In this document: in pieces, positions 18,301 through 25,690 of the stretch
Layout of the letters: each line of letters opens with the position of its first letter
How positions within the stretch are numbered: the stretch's first letter is position 1
NCBI GenBank assembly: GCA_900234795.1
Contig: LT962688.1
Span: 750,001 to 782,000 of the forward strand
Length of the DNA stretch: 32,000 nucleotides
Origin: Methylorubrum extorquens
GTDB lineage: Bacteria > Pseudomonadota > Alphaproteobacteria > Rhizobiales > Beijerinckiaceae
Direction: 5' to 3'
Position numbers and translations under genes: made by a program
The notes under the pieces: generated by a model
Database searches by the model: none
Seen by the model: the letters and a program-made list of their open reading frames with translations, nothing else
What the model was told of the DNA's origin: nothing

Positions 18301-20759
18301 ACGGAGATCTCGTCGGCCACCTGCCGCAGGAGATCCTGAAGCGCGTGCATCGACTGGTTGGTGCGGTTGTCGATCTCGCCACCGGCATGGGCGGCGGCGA
18401 GCGCCAGGGCGCCGGTCGCCTCGGCGCTGCGGGCCGACAGCTCGTCGGCCATCCGCTGGATCGCGGCGTGAAGGGCCTGCGACGCGCTCTCACTGCGGCT
18501 GCCCAGCTCGCCCCCGACGCGGTCGGCGGCGGCCTGGAAGCGGCCCACCACGTCGTCCGAACGGCTCTCGACGGCGGCGGCGGCCTCGTCGGCCGCGCGG
18601 CGCAGCGCCTCGGCGGCTTCGGCGAAGCGGGTGGTGACGGCGGCGCTCTGCGCCTGCGCGGCCCCCGAGGTCTCCTCGGCAACGTGCAGCATCCGCGCGG
18701 TCGATTCCACGGCGCGCTCGGCGAGCAGGTCGCTCATGGCCTCGGCGGCCTCGCGCAGACGGCGCTCCAGCGCTTCGACGCTCGCGCCGACGGACGCGGT
18801 CGCGGTCTCCGCGTTGCGGCGGATGCCGTCCTGGGCAGCGCCGGTGCGGGCATCGAGATCCTGGCCCAGACGGGCCACGGTCTCGCCCAGGCTCTCGGCG
18901 GTGCCGTTCGCGTTCGCGGCGAAGGAGGCGCCGAGCCCGGCCAGAGCCTGCTCGACGGTGGCGGCGGCCTGCGCCGCCCGCTCGGTCATCAGGCCGACGA
19001 CCCGTTCGCCCGCCGTGTCGAGGTTCGAGGCGAGCGCCCCGCCCTGGACGGCGATGACATCATCGACGCGGGACGCCGCCGCCTCGATGCGGGCGGCGAG
19101 TTCGAGACCGCGGCCGTCCATGGTCTCGGCCGCGCGGGTGGCGGACGCCAGGAACGCGTCGCGGACCCGGTCGATGCGGGTGGAGAAGTCGTCGGCGACG
19201 CTGCCGGCGGCAAGCGCCAGGGCGGCCTGCGCGTCACGCCCACGGCCCTCGATCAGTTCGGAGACGCCGGTGCCGGCGGCCTCGATCTCGGTGCGCAGCG
19301 AGGCGCCGCGAACGGCGATGTCCTCGGAGATCGCCGCGCCGGTGGCGGCGAAGTTGCGGCTCAAGCCCTCGCCGGTCTCGGCGAAGCGGGCGGTGATCGC
19401 GCCGCCGGTCTGAGCGAAGCGCTCGGTCAGCTCGGTCCCGCGCGACAGGAAGGCCTCTTCCAGGCCCCTCGTCGAGCGCTCGAAGGTCTCGCGCACGGCG
19501 CCGCCCTGGCGGTCGAGCGCCTCGATCAGGCCGGTGCCGGTCTCGGACAGGGATTGGGCGACGGCGCCCGCATTGTCGGCCAGCGTGCGGGTGAGCGCCC
19601 CGCCGGTGCGCTCGAAGGCCTGCGTCACCTCGTCGGCGCGCTGCTGCAGTGCGCTGGTAAGGGTGGTGCCGATCTCTTCCAGGCCGCCGCGCACGCCTTC
19701 GCTGGTGGCGGTGAGCTGGCGGACGAGGTCGTCGCCGCGGGTCGAGACGTTTCCGACCACCCGTTCGCCGACCTCGCCGAGCGCTTCGGTGATCGCGGTG
19801 CCGCGGGCATCGAGCGCCCCGGTCACGCGCTCGCCCGCGCCGTTGATGGCGGCCACGATGCGCTCGGCCGCGCCCTCCAGCTCGCTCGACAGGTTCTCGT
19901 GCGAGCCGGCGATCGCGCCGCGCACCCGGTCGGCGCTGCCGACGATGGACTCGCGCTGGGCGATCAGCTCATCGACGAGGCTGCGGATGCGGATCTCGTT
20001 ATCGGAATAGGCGCGCTCCAGGGTCGAGATCTCGCCGCGCACCAGCGTTTCGAGTTCGCCGGCGCGGGCGAGTGCCCGCTCCACGCCGTCGCCGACGGCC
20101 GCGACTTCGCGGCGCACGGTCTGCGACATGGTCAGTACCGCGTCGGTCGAGAAGCTCTCGGGCTCGGCCAGCCGGATCGCCACCTCGCCGACGGCGCGGG
20201 CGACGAGGCGCATCTCGTGGGCGCGCACGGCCAGCATCGCCGTGATGAGGAACAGCACGATCGGCCCGGCGATGGCGGTAGCCACCACCGCCGCCTGAAG
20301 CGCGGTGAGCCCGGTGATGAACGTCTTCAGATCGCCGCCGGACTGGTTCCAGGCGAGCGCCACGAGACCGTTGAGCCACAGGAACGAGGCGATGGCCGCG
20401 ACGAGGTACGGCTTGCGCGAGGGCCGCACCCGGAGCGTCTGCTGCAGGATGCCGATGTTCTGGCGGTCGTCGTTGGCGACCAGCGAGCGGTCGGGCGGCA
20501 GAAGCCCGCCCTCGCGGCGCGAGCGCCCCCGCTCGGGCAGCGGCAGATCAGAGGCGGCGGGATCGATGTCGAGGGTCGGGGTGCGGCGTCCCCCGGCCTC
20601 GGAGAACGGATCGGCCAGCGGATCGCTGTCGCCGACATCGGGCAGCCGCGGCTCGACGCGGGCGGTGTCGCCCGGTGCCGGAATGTCCAGATTCAAAGCC
20701 TGCTCGATCGCGGAGAGGGCCGCCTCTGCCGGATCCTTCAGCTTCTTCTCGGTGGCCAT
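12362..20759 (-). CDS. Giant (~2,798 aa after frame repair) membrane-anchored helical-repeat protein, GPR/RgsE-like; one frameshift near the 3' end as sequenced
   Basis: Tracked as ORF 11685..20948. The best start is the ATG at 20759 (MATEKKLKDPAEAAL), with GAGGG just upstream. Two predicted TM helices sit near the N-terminus (PYLVAAIASFLWLNGLVALAW and LQAAVVATAIAGPIVLFLITAMLAV). These are followed by >2,000 aa of Ala/Glu/Arg-rich repeats, a Pro/Ala linker and a globular C-terminal domain. The frame breaks at the C5 run 12575-12579. The sensible end (...LYTVQG | RQTFEQIQRRYRADAEFRRTVDRYVGEFERLL...HASGRFDEA*) is in ORF 12362..12775. The 11685..12574 tail of the tracked ORF is junk that crosses a terminator and the XRE gene. 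Confidence 0.85.
14172..15035 (-). repeat. In-frame tandem repeat array, 108 nt / 36 aa, 8 units (GTARMVAALDERA.RQAA.AE.FD.QR.AYA..IE.)
   Basis: The CAT triplets encoding the Met of GTARM recur at 14265, 14373, 14481, 14589, 14697, 14805 and 15021; the unit at 14913 encodes Ile instead. Spacing is exactly 108 nt. Confidence 0.9.
15645..16412 (-). repeat. In-frame tandem repeat array, 165 nt / 55 aa, 4 units plus one 33-aa unit (LLDARSAEIRDTFDHRTDDLRGLMEG.AGRVR.EFEA.LG.L...L.ER.RTVRD)
   Basis: The anchor GCGGAT[CT]TC (EIR codons) occurs at 15744, 15909, 16074, 16239 and 16404, exactly 165 nt apart, plus 15645 (99 nt). About 60 nt are nearly identical between the units at 16056-16118 and 16221-16283. 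Confidence 0.9.
17592..18515 (-). repeat. In-frame tandem repeat array, 132 nt / 44 aa, ~7 units (GGE[VIL]..R[TS]E.S...L...L..[IL]..E[LI]S.R..E....L...A...)
   Basis: The anchor GA[CT][CT]TCGCC[GA]CC recurs at 17844, 17976, 18108, 18240 and 18372, with degenerate copies at 17712 and 18504. Spacing is exactly 132 nt. Confidence 0.9.
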
Positions 20760-21092
20760 GCAACCCTCGTACGCATCGCCGTCCATTGCAGAGCTCGCGC
20801 CCTCCGCAATGGAGACGGATTTACCCGACGTCTCACGGGATCTTAGTCCCTCGGATGATGCCCCCGATACCCGATCGGCCCGGCGCACCCAAGAAACCTT
20901 AACGGAATGGTTACCAAGCCGGGTCCCGTGATCCGGCATTCGCCCCAAGTTCTGACGCTTGCAGCCTTAAACGGGTACGCCCCGGCGCGCCCTGCGCTGT
21001 GGATAGCCGGCGCCACCCACAGGCAGGTCGCCGCGCCGAGCGCTTTGACCCAGAACCGGGCGGATGGAGCGGTCGTTTCATCCCGAACAACG

Positions 21093-21464
21093 ATGATCAA
21101 GCAGACGATAAGGACGGACGTGGACCTCGAGAACAAGCTCGCCCCTCTGCTGGATCACGCCCACCTCGATGCGCAGACCTTCGGCGATGCCGACCTCGCC
21201 CGGGAGGTGCTGAGCCTGTTCGAGGATCAGTGCCGCCGGCTCCTGCCCGCGATGGCGGAGGCGAGCCGTCCGGCGGAGGAACGGGCCGATCTCGCCCATA
21301 CGCTCAAGGGGGCGGCGCTCGGCGTCGGAGCGATGCAGGTGGCCGAGGCGAGCACGACCGTCGAAACCCGGTTTCGCACCGTCGGCGAGGCCGATCTCGA
21401 AGCGTTGCGGAGCGCCGTCGCCGAGACGCTGGCGGCGCTCGCCGCCCCCGGCCGGAAGATGTGA
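21093..21464 (+). CDS. Single-domain histidine phosphotransfer (HPt) protein (123 aa)
   Basis: Internal ATG of ORF 20907..21464 (MIKQTIRTDVDLENK...). It has the HPt signature HTLKGAALGVGA with the phospho-accepting His. The start is uncertain because there is no strong RBS. Confidence 0.75.
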   Translation: MIKQTIRTDVDLENKLAPLLDHAHLDAQTFGDADLAREVLSLFEDQCRRLLPAMAEASRPAEERADLAHTLKGAALGVGAMQVAEASTTVETRFRTVGEADLEALRSAVAETLAALAAPGRKM

Positions 21465-21573
21465 GCGGCCGCCTGTCAGGCTCGCTCGATGCCCGCGACG
21501 TAAGACCGCCGCCGTGCCGGCCCGACCTCTCGGCGAACGGACACGCGGCATCGGCACCGGCGGCGCGACGGAA

Positions 21574-21600
21574 AAGCGCCGGCTTGGCGCTTGCTTTCTC
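21574..21600 (+). terminator. Hairpin plus T-rich tail after the HPt gene
   Basis: AAGCGCC (21574-21580), loop GGCTT, GGCGCTT (21586-21592), followed by GCTTTCTC. Confidence 0.4.
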
Positions 21601-21679
21601 ACTCGGCCGCCCGCAAGCAGGCGCCACGCCGCCCCCCTGAAGGATCGCAGGCGGACGCCGACACGTCCCGGAGCAAGGT

Positions 21680-22000
21680 ATGCCCAAGATCACCTTCGTC
21701 GATCACGCCGGCACGGCCCGCACGATCGACGGCGAGGTTGGCTCGACCGTCATGGAGACGGCGATCCGCAACAACGTTCCGGGGATCGATGCCGAGTGCG
21801 GCGGGGCCTGCGCCTGCGCCACCTGCCACGTCTATGTGGACGGGGAATGGGCCGACAAGGTTGGCCCGGCCGAGCCGATGGAGCAGGACATGCTCGATTT
21901 CGCCTCGGACGTGCGCGCGACCTCGCGCCTGTGCTGCCAGATCCGCGTGACGGCTGAACTCGACGGCCTCATCGTGACGACCCCGGCCCGTCAGGGCTGA
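21680..22000 (+). CDS. 2Fe-2S ferredoxin, adrenodoxin/putidaredoxin type
   Basis: ORF 21680..22000 shows [12 protein letters not shown]..., the cluster ligands in [13 protein letters not shown], and the distal Cys in SRLCCQI. Confidence 0.9.
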   Translation: MPKITFVDHAGTARTIDGEVGSTVMETAIRNNVPGIDAECGGACACATCHVYVDGEWADKVGPAEPMEQDMLDFASDVRATSRLCCQIRVTAELDGLIVTTPARQG

Positions 22001-22219
22001 GGCGACGCCGCGCAGGGCCTGCCTCTTTCCGGGCGGACTCGCCGCGCTCGTCCTGCCGATGAACGCCGCCCGGTACAGGATACGCTGCTGCTCGGCCACT
22101 CGCCCTGCGGCGCTGAGCAGACCGAGGCACGGTGCCAACCGGAGCCTGTCTTGGTCGGCAGCCTCTGCGGGCTCCCGCCGCTGGCCGTCCTCGTCACGAC
22201 CCTGTCGTCGGAAAGCGCT

Positions 22220-23395
22220 CTAGCGCAGCAGCGCCCGCATCGCCCCGTCCAACCCTTCGAGCGTCAGCGGGAACATCCGGTCCGCGAAGATCCGGCGGAC
22301 CATGCCGATCGAGTGGGTGTGGCCCCAGTGCTCGGCTGGAATCGGGTTGAGCCAGACCGCCTTCGGGAAATGATCGAGCACGCGGCCGAGCCAGACCTCG
22401 CCCGCCTCCTCGTTCCAGTGCTCCACCGAACCGCCGGGATGGGCGATCTCGTAGGGGCTCATGGAGGCATCGCCCACGAACACCAAGCGGTAGTCGGAGG
22501 GATAGGTGCGGATCACGTCGAGGAGCGGGATACGCTCGTCGTGGCGGCGATGGTTTTCCGTCCACACCGCCTCGTAGGGGCAGTTGTGGAAGTAGAAATG
22601 CGCGAAGTGCTTGAACTCCGAGCGCGCCGCCGAGAACAGCTCCTCGGCCAGCTCCACATGCCAATCCATCGAACCGCCGACATCGAGGAAGAGCAGCACC
22701 TTCACGGCGTTGCGCCGCTCCGGGCGCAGCCGCACATCGATGAAGCCCTTGCGGGCGCTCTCGCGGATGGTGCCGTCGAGGTCGAGTTCGTCGGCCGCCC
22801 CCGTGCGGGCGAAGCGGCGCAGGCGGCGGAGCGCCACCCGCATGGAGCGGGTGCCGAGTTCACGTGAATCGTCGAGATCCTTGAACTCGCGCCGATCCCA
22901 GACCTTGACCGCACGGAAGTTGCGGTTGCCGTCCTGGCCGATGCGGATTCCCTCCGGATTGTAGCCGTAGGCGCCAAAGGGCGAGGTGCCCCCGGTTCCG
23001 ATCCATTTCGACCCGCCCTGATGACGCTCCTTCTGTTCGGCGAGGCGCTGTTTCAGCGTCTCGAACAGCTTGTCCCAACCGAGCGCCTTCAACTCGGCCT
23101 TCTCTTCGTCGGTCAGATACTTCTCGGCGAGCTTGCGCAGCCATTCCTCGGGGATGGCGGCGGGTTCGACCGCCTCGGCTAGCGTTTCCAGCCCCTTGAA
23201 GACGGATGCGAACACGCGGTCGAACCGGTCGAGGTTCGACTCGTCCTTCACCAGCACGGTGCGGGCGAGGAAGTAGAATTCCTCCACCCGCTTGTCCGCG
23301 AGGTCGCTCTCCATCGCTTGGAGCAGCGTGAGGTACTCGCGCAGGGACACCGGCACGCGGGCCTCGCGCAGGCCCGTGAAGAATTGGAGCAGCAT
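22220..23395 (-). CDS. VWA-domain protein, CoxE-like
   Basis: ORF 22220..23452, with the start taken at the ATG at 23395 (MLLQFFTGLREARVPVSLREYLTLL). The VWA core is LLFLDVGGSMD...VFVGDASM. No MoxR/CoxD-type ATPase gene is adjacent. Confidence 0.85.
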   Translation of the reverse strand: MLLQFFTGLREARVPVSLREYLTLLQAMESDLADKRVEEFYFLARTVLVKDESNLDRFDRVFASVFKGLETLAEAVEPAAIPEEWLRKLAEKYLTDEEKAELKALGWDKLFETLKQRLAEQKERHQGGSKWIGTGGTSPFGAYGYNPEGIRIGQDGNRNFRAVKVWDRREFKDLDDSRELGTRSMRVALRRLRRFARTGAADELDLDGTIRESARKGFIDVRLRPERRNAVKVLLFLDVGGSMDWHVELAEELFSAARSEFKHFAHFYFHNCPYEAVWTENHRRHDERIPLLDVIRTYPSDYRLVFVGDASMSPYEIAHPGGSVEHWNEEAGEVWLGRVLDHFPKAVWLNPIPAEHWGHTHSIGMVRRIFADRMFPLTLEGLDGAMRALLR

Positions 23396-23492
23396 GAGGC
23401 CTAAACGCCCGAGCCCGGCCCGCAGGTCAAGCCGAGGCCGGGTCCGGACCAAGCCGCAGGCGCCGAACAGCCGAGCTTGAGAGTCTTCGACT

Positions 23493-23542
23493 CCTGTGGA
23501 CAGCGCCGTTTTCCCGTGGATATCGCCGTTTTCCCGTGGATA
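23493..23542 (-). promoter_or_regulatory. Three same-orientation boxes T[GA]TCCAC[AG]GG phased at exactly 20 bp (candidate operator or DnaA-box-like array)
   Basis: On the plus strand: CCTGTGGACA at 23493-23502, CCCGTGGATA at 23513-23522, CCCGTGGATA at 23533-23542. They lie in the divergent region between the VWA gene (start 23395) and ORF 23651. Confidence 0.45.
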
Positions 23543-23543
23543 T
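23504..23543. repeat. Perfect 20-bp tandem duplication (CGCCGTTTTCCCGTGGATAT x2, followed by a partial CGCC)
   Basis: Read directly from the sequence: 23504-23523 is identical to 23524-23543. Confidence 0.95.
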
Positions 23544-23650
23544 CGCCCGACACCACCTTTGTGGGTGAGGGATAACTGTCATCTCGGCGGAACTAAGGTG
23601 CCGTCGCACAATGCAGGATGCGTCCGTGACTTGACGATTGGAAGGACACC

Positions 23651-24049
23651 ATGCCCGTGGTCTTGCGATCCCTGAGCGATTTCAAGAAATTCCTCCGCAA
23701 ACCCGGAGCGACCCTGCAAATCGTTCAGAACACCTTCGTCGATCGTCAGGACGCCGAGTCCCGCGCCGCCTATCGCCGCAAGGGCCTCTACGAGCCGCGA
23801 ACCCTCCGGGCGCTCTCGAAGAAGGCCGCCGTGTTCGACGTGAAGGGCCACGAAACCACCGTGTGGCTCTACTGGGATCGCGGCACCCGACACTGGCGCT
23901 TCTCCGGCGATACCGTCACGGTCCCGCTCAACGCCACCCTCGGACCGCCCGACGCGGTGGTCTATCGCTGCACTCTGCCTCCGCCGAGCGGGCAACGTTG
24001 TCCCGCCAGCCAGCGCGACGACGATGAGGCCATGCTGCCGGGCCTCTAA
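23651..24049 (+). CDS. Hypothetical protein (132 aa)
   Basis: ORF 23651..24049. GGAAGGA lies 5 nt upstream, and G/C third-position bias is strong. I recognised no family. Confidence 0.65.
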   Translation: MPVVLRSLSDFKKFLRKPGATLQIVQNTFVDRQDAESRAAYRRKGLYEPRTLRALSKKAAVFDVKGHETTVWLYWDRGTRHWRFSGDTVTVPLNATLGPPDAVVYRCTLPPPSGQRCPASQRDDDEAMLPGL

Positions 24050-24420
24050 CGGCAGGCTCCGACCGATACAGTTGCGCCGTCATGGCGGGGCGAACCATCC
24101 CGGACCTGCCGTGATCCATGAAAGCCGGCCGGTTCGACCTGCCGAGAGCCGCGCTCAGCTCGGACTGACCTCTCACAGTTTGTTGAACGGACGAATCAAG
24201 CGCCCTTCATCGTGCGCTTGATCGAACCTCAGCTTGCATGCACCACCTGGAGCGATCGCAACCTGGTGTCTGATCCGGACTGATCGTTCGCAATAGCAGC
24301 CAGATCGTGGTTTTTTCTCGATTTTGCAGTCGTTTTCCAGGAAAATGGCTAGAACCGGACTTGAATCTTTTTCAGATCCTTTTAGCTCACAAGAACGAGG
24401 GGCAAATAGGATCACGTACA

Positions 24421-24954
24421 ATGTCGGAAACCAATCAGGTCACGCAACACGACCGTATCGAACTCGCAGCCGATCTCGTCTCGGCTTATGTCTCCAACAA
24501 CTCTCTGCCGTCGCCTGAACTCGCGGGCTTGATTGTTCAGGTTCATGCGGCCCTGGTCGCCCTGTCGGCACCGCAGGCGCCCAAGGAAGAAGAAGTCGAG
24601 CGGGCGACACCGGCCCAGATCAAGAAGTCGATCACGCCGGATGCCCTGATCTCCTTCATCGACGGCAAGCCATACAAGACGCTCAAGCGGCACCTGACCA
24701 CGCACGGCCTCGACATCGACGGCTACCGCCGCCGCTACGGCCTGCCGGCCGACTATCCGACGGTCTCGTCCAACTATTCGGCCGCGCGCTCGGCGCTCGC
24801 CAAGGATCTCGGCCTCGGCCAGCAGCGCCGCAAATCCTCGGCGAAGGCCGCGGAGCCGGTCGATGAGGTGGTGGCGGAAGCGGCCCCTGAGCCGCGCCGC
24901 AAGGCCGCTGCCGGCGAAGGCCGCAAGACCGGCGGGCGCCGCAAGGCCGCCTGA
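24421..24954 (+). CDS. mucR: MucR/Ros family transcriptional regulator, second zinc-ligand-deficient paralogue
   Basis: Internal ATG of ORF 24307..24954 (MSETNQVTQHDRIELAADLVSAYVSNN...). The core is ISFIDGKPYKTLKRHLTTHGLDIDGYRRRYGLPADYPTVSSNYSAARSALA. The Cys ligand positions are S and D. Confidence 0.9.
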   Translation: MSETNQVTQHDRIELAADLVSAYVSNNSLPSPELAGLIVQVHAALVALSAPQAPKEEEVERATPAQIKKSITPDALISFIDGKPYKTLKRHLTTHGLDIDGYRRRYGLPADYPTVSSNYSAARSALAKDLGLGQQRRKSSAKAAEPVDEVVAEAAPEPRRKAAAGEGRKTGGRRKAA

Positions 24955-25690
24955 GGATCGATGCCGCGTTGGCGGAGTCATCGGACTCCGCTGGCCGGCT
25001 CCGATACGGCGGGTCGATAGGGTCTGCGCAGTCGAAGCCCGGGCCGATCGCAAGGCCGCCGGGCCGGCCGACCGCTCTCAATGCGTCGCAGGAAGGCTTG
25101 CAGACGCAGCGGCAGCGCTTCGCTGCTCGCGCGCTCTATTCGCTGACGGCCTGTGTAGCCCTCTGCTCACCGCAGACGCACTCACAAGGCGCCGCGTCCC
25201 GATGCGGCCTGCGCCATCTCGCGAAGACGGGCTCCCCCAGAGACAGGCCCCGCGAGCCAGTCGCATTCAGCTCGGCGGGCTTCGTCCAACGTCGGATTTT
25301 CGCGACGGGACGCCCACGTGGTTTCCAGCTTCCGGCAAGGCTAATCAGAGGTTCGCGTTCGCGCAACGACCCCGACATGATCAAGAGTCGGTACGTCGGC
25401 CCCACGGATACGATCGGGCTGCCTCCGAAGCGTCCTTCAGGGCATCGTCCGGCCCGGAGTCCGACGGCTTTCAGCAATCGACGCTACGAGATTCGAGACC
25501 CCAACCACGGTCTTGACCGGAACCCGCTGCACGGAAGCAGATACGGGTCCGAGACCGTAAAGCGGGCCGTATCACCAAGTCCCGTAAGTCGGACCCGTCT
25601 GCCCATCATCGGGCAAACCGCTCGGCCTTTACCGCATCCGTCGCCACCGTTTCGATGGCGAGACGGTTCCGGCGTCCTTCGAGCCAACAA

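Noticed and set aside
14172-18515. Regularly spaced repeats that might suggest a CRISPR array or a satellite
   Set aside because: The repeats are contiguous with no spacers, their lengths are multiples of 3, and they lie in frame within a long ORF with strong codon bias. They are coding tandem repeats.
12657-20846. Very long plus-strand ORFs (12657..18065, 1,802 aa; 18345..20846, 833 aa) opposite the giant gene
   Set aside because: They use the same triplet boundaries as the minus-strand gene. Stops in that frame would need TTA, CTA or TCA sense codons, which this high-GC gene almost never uses; the single break at 18063-18065 is a CTA Leu codon. The translations are Gly/Ala/Arg/Leu low-complexity sequence with no domains. 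They are codon-aligned antisense shadows.
20899-20917. CtrA-like site TTAACGGAATGGTTAC in the giant-gene / HPt divergent region
   Set aside because: The spacing is TTAA-N8-TTAC rather than TTAA-N7-TTAA, and the second half-site is imperfect. On the other strand GTAACCAT is 7/8 to the TTAACCAT half-site. That is too weak to call.
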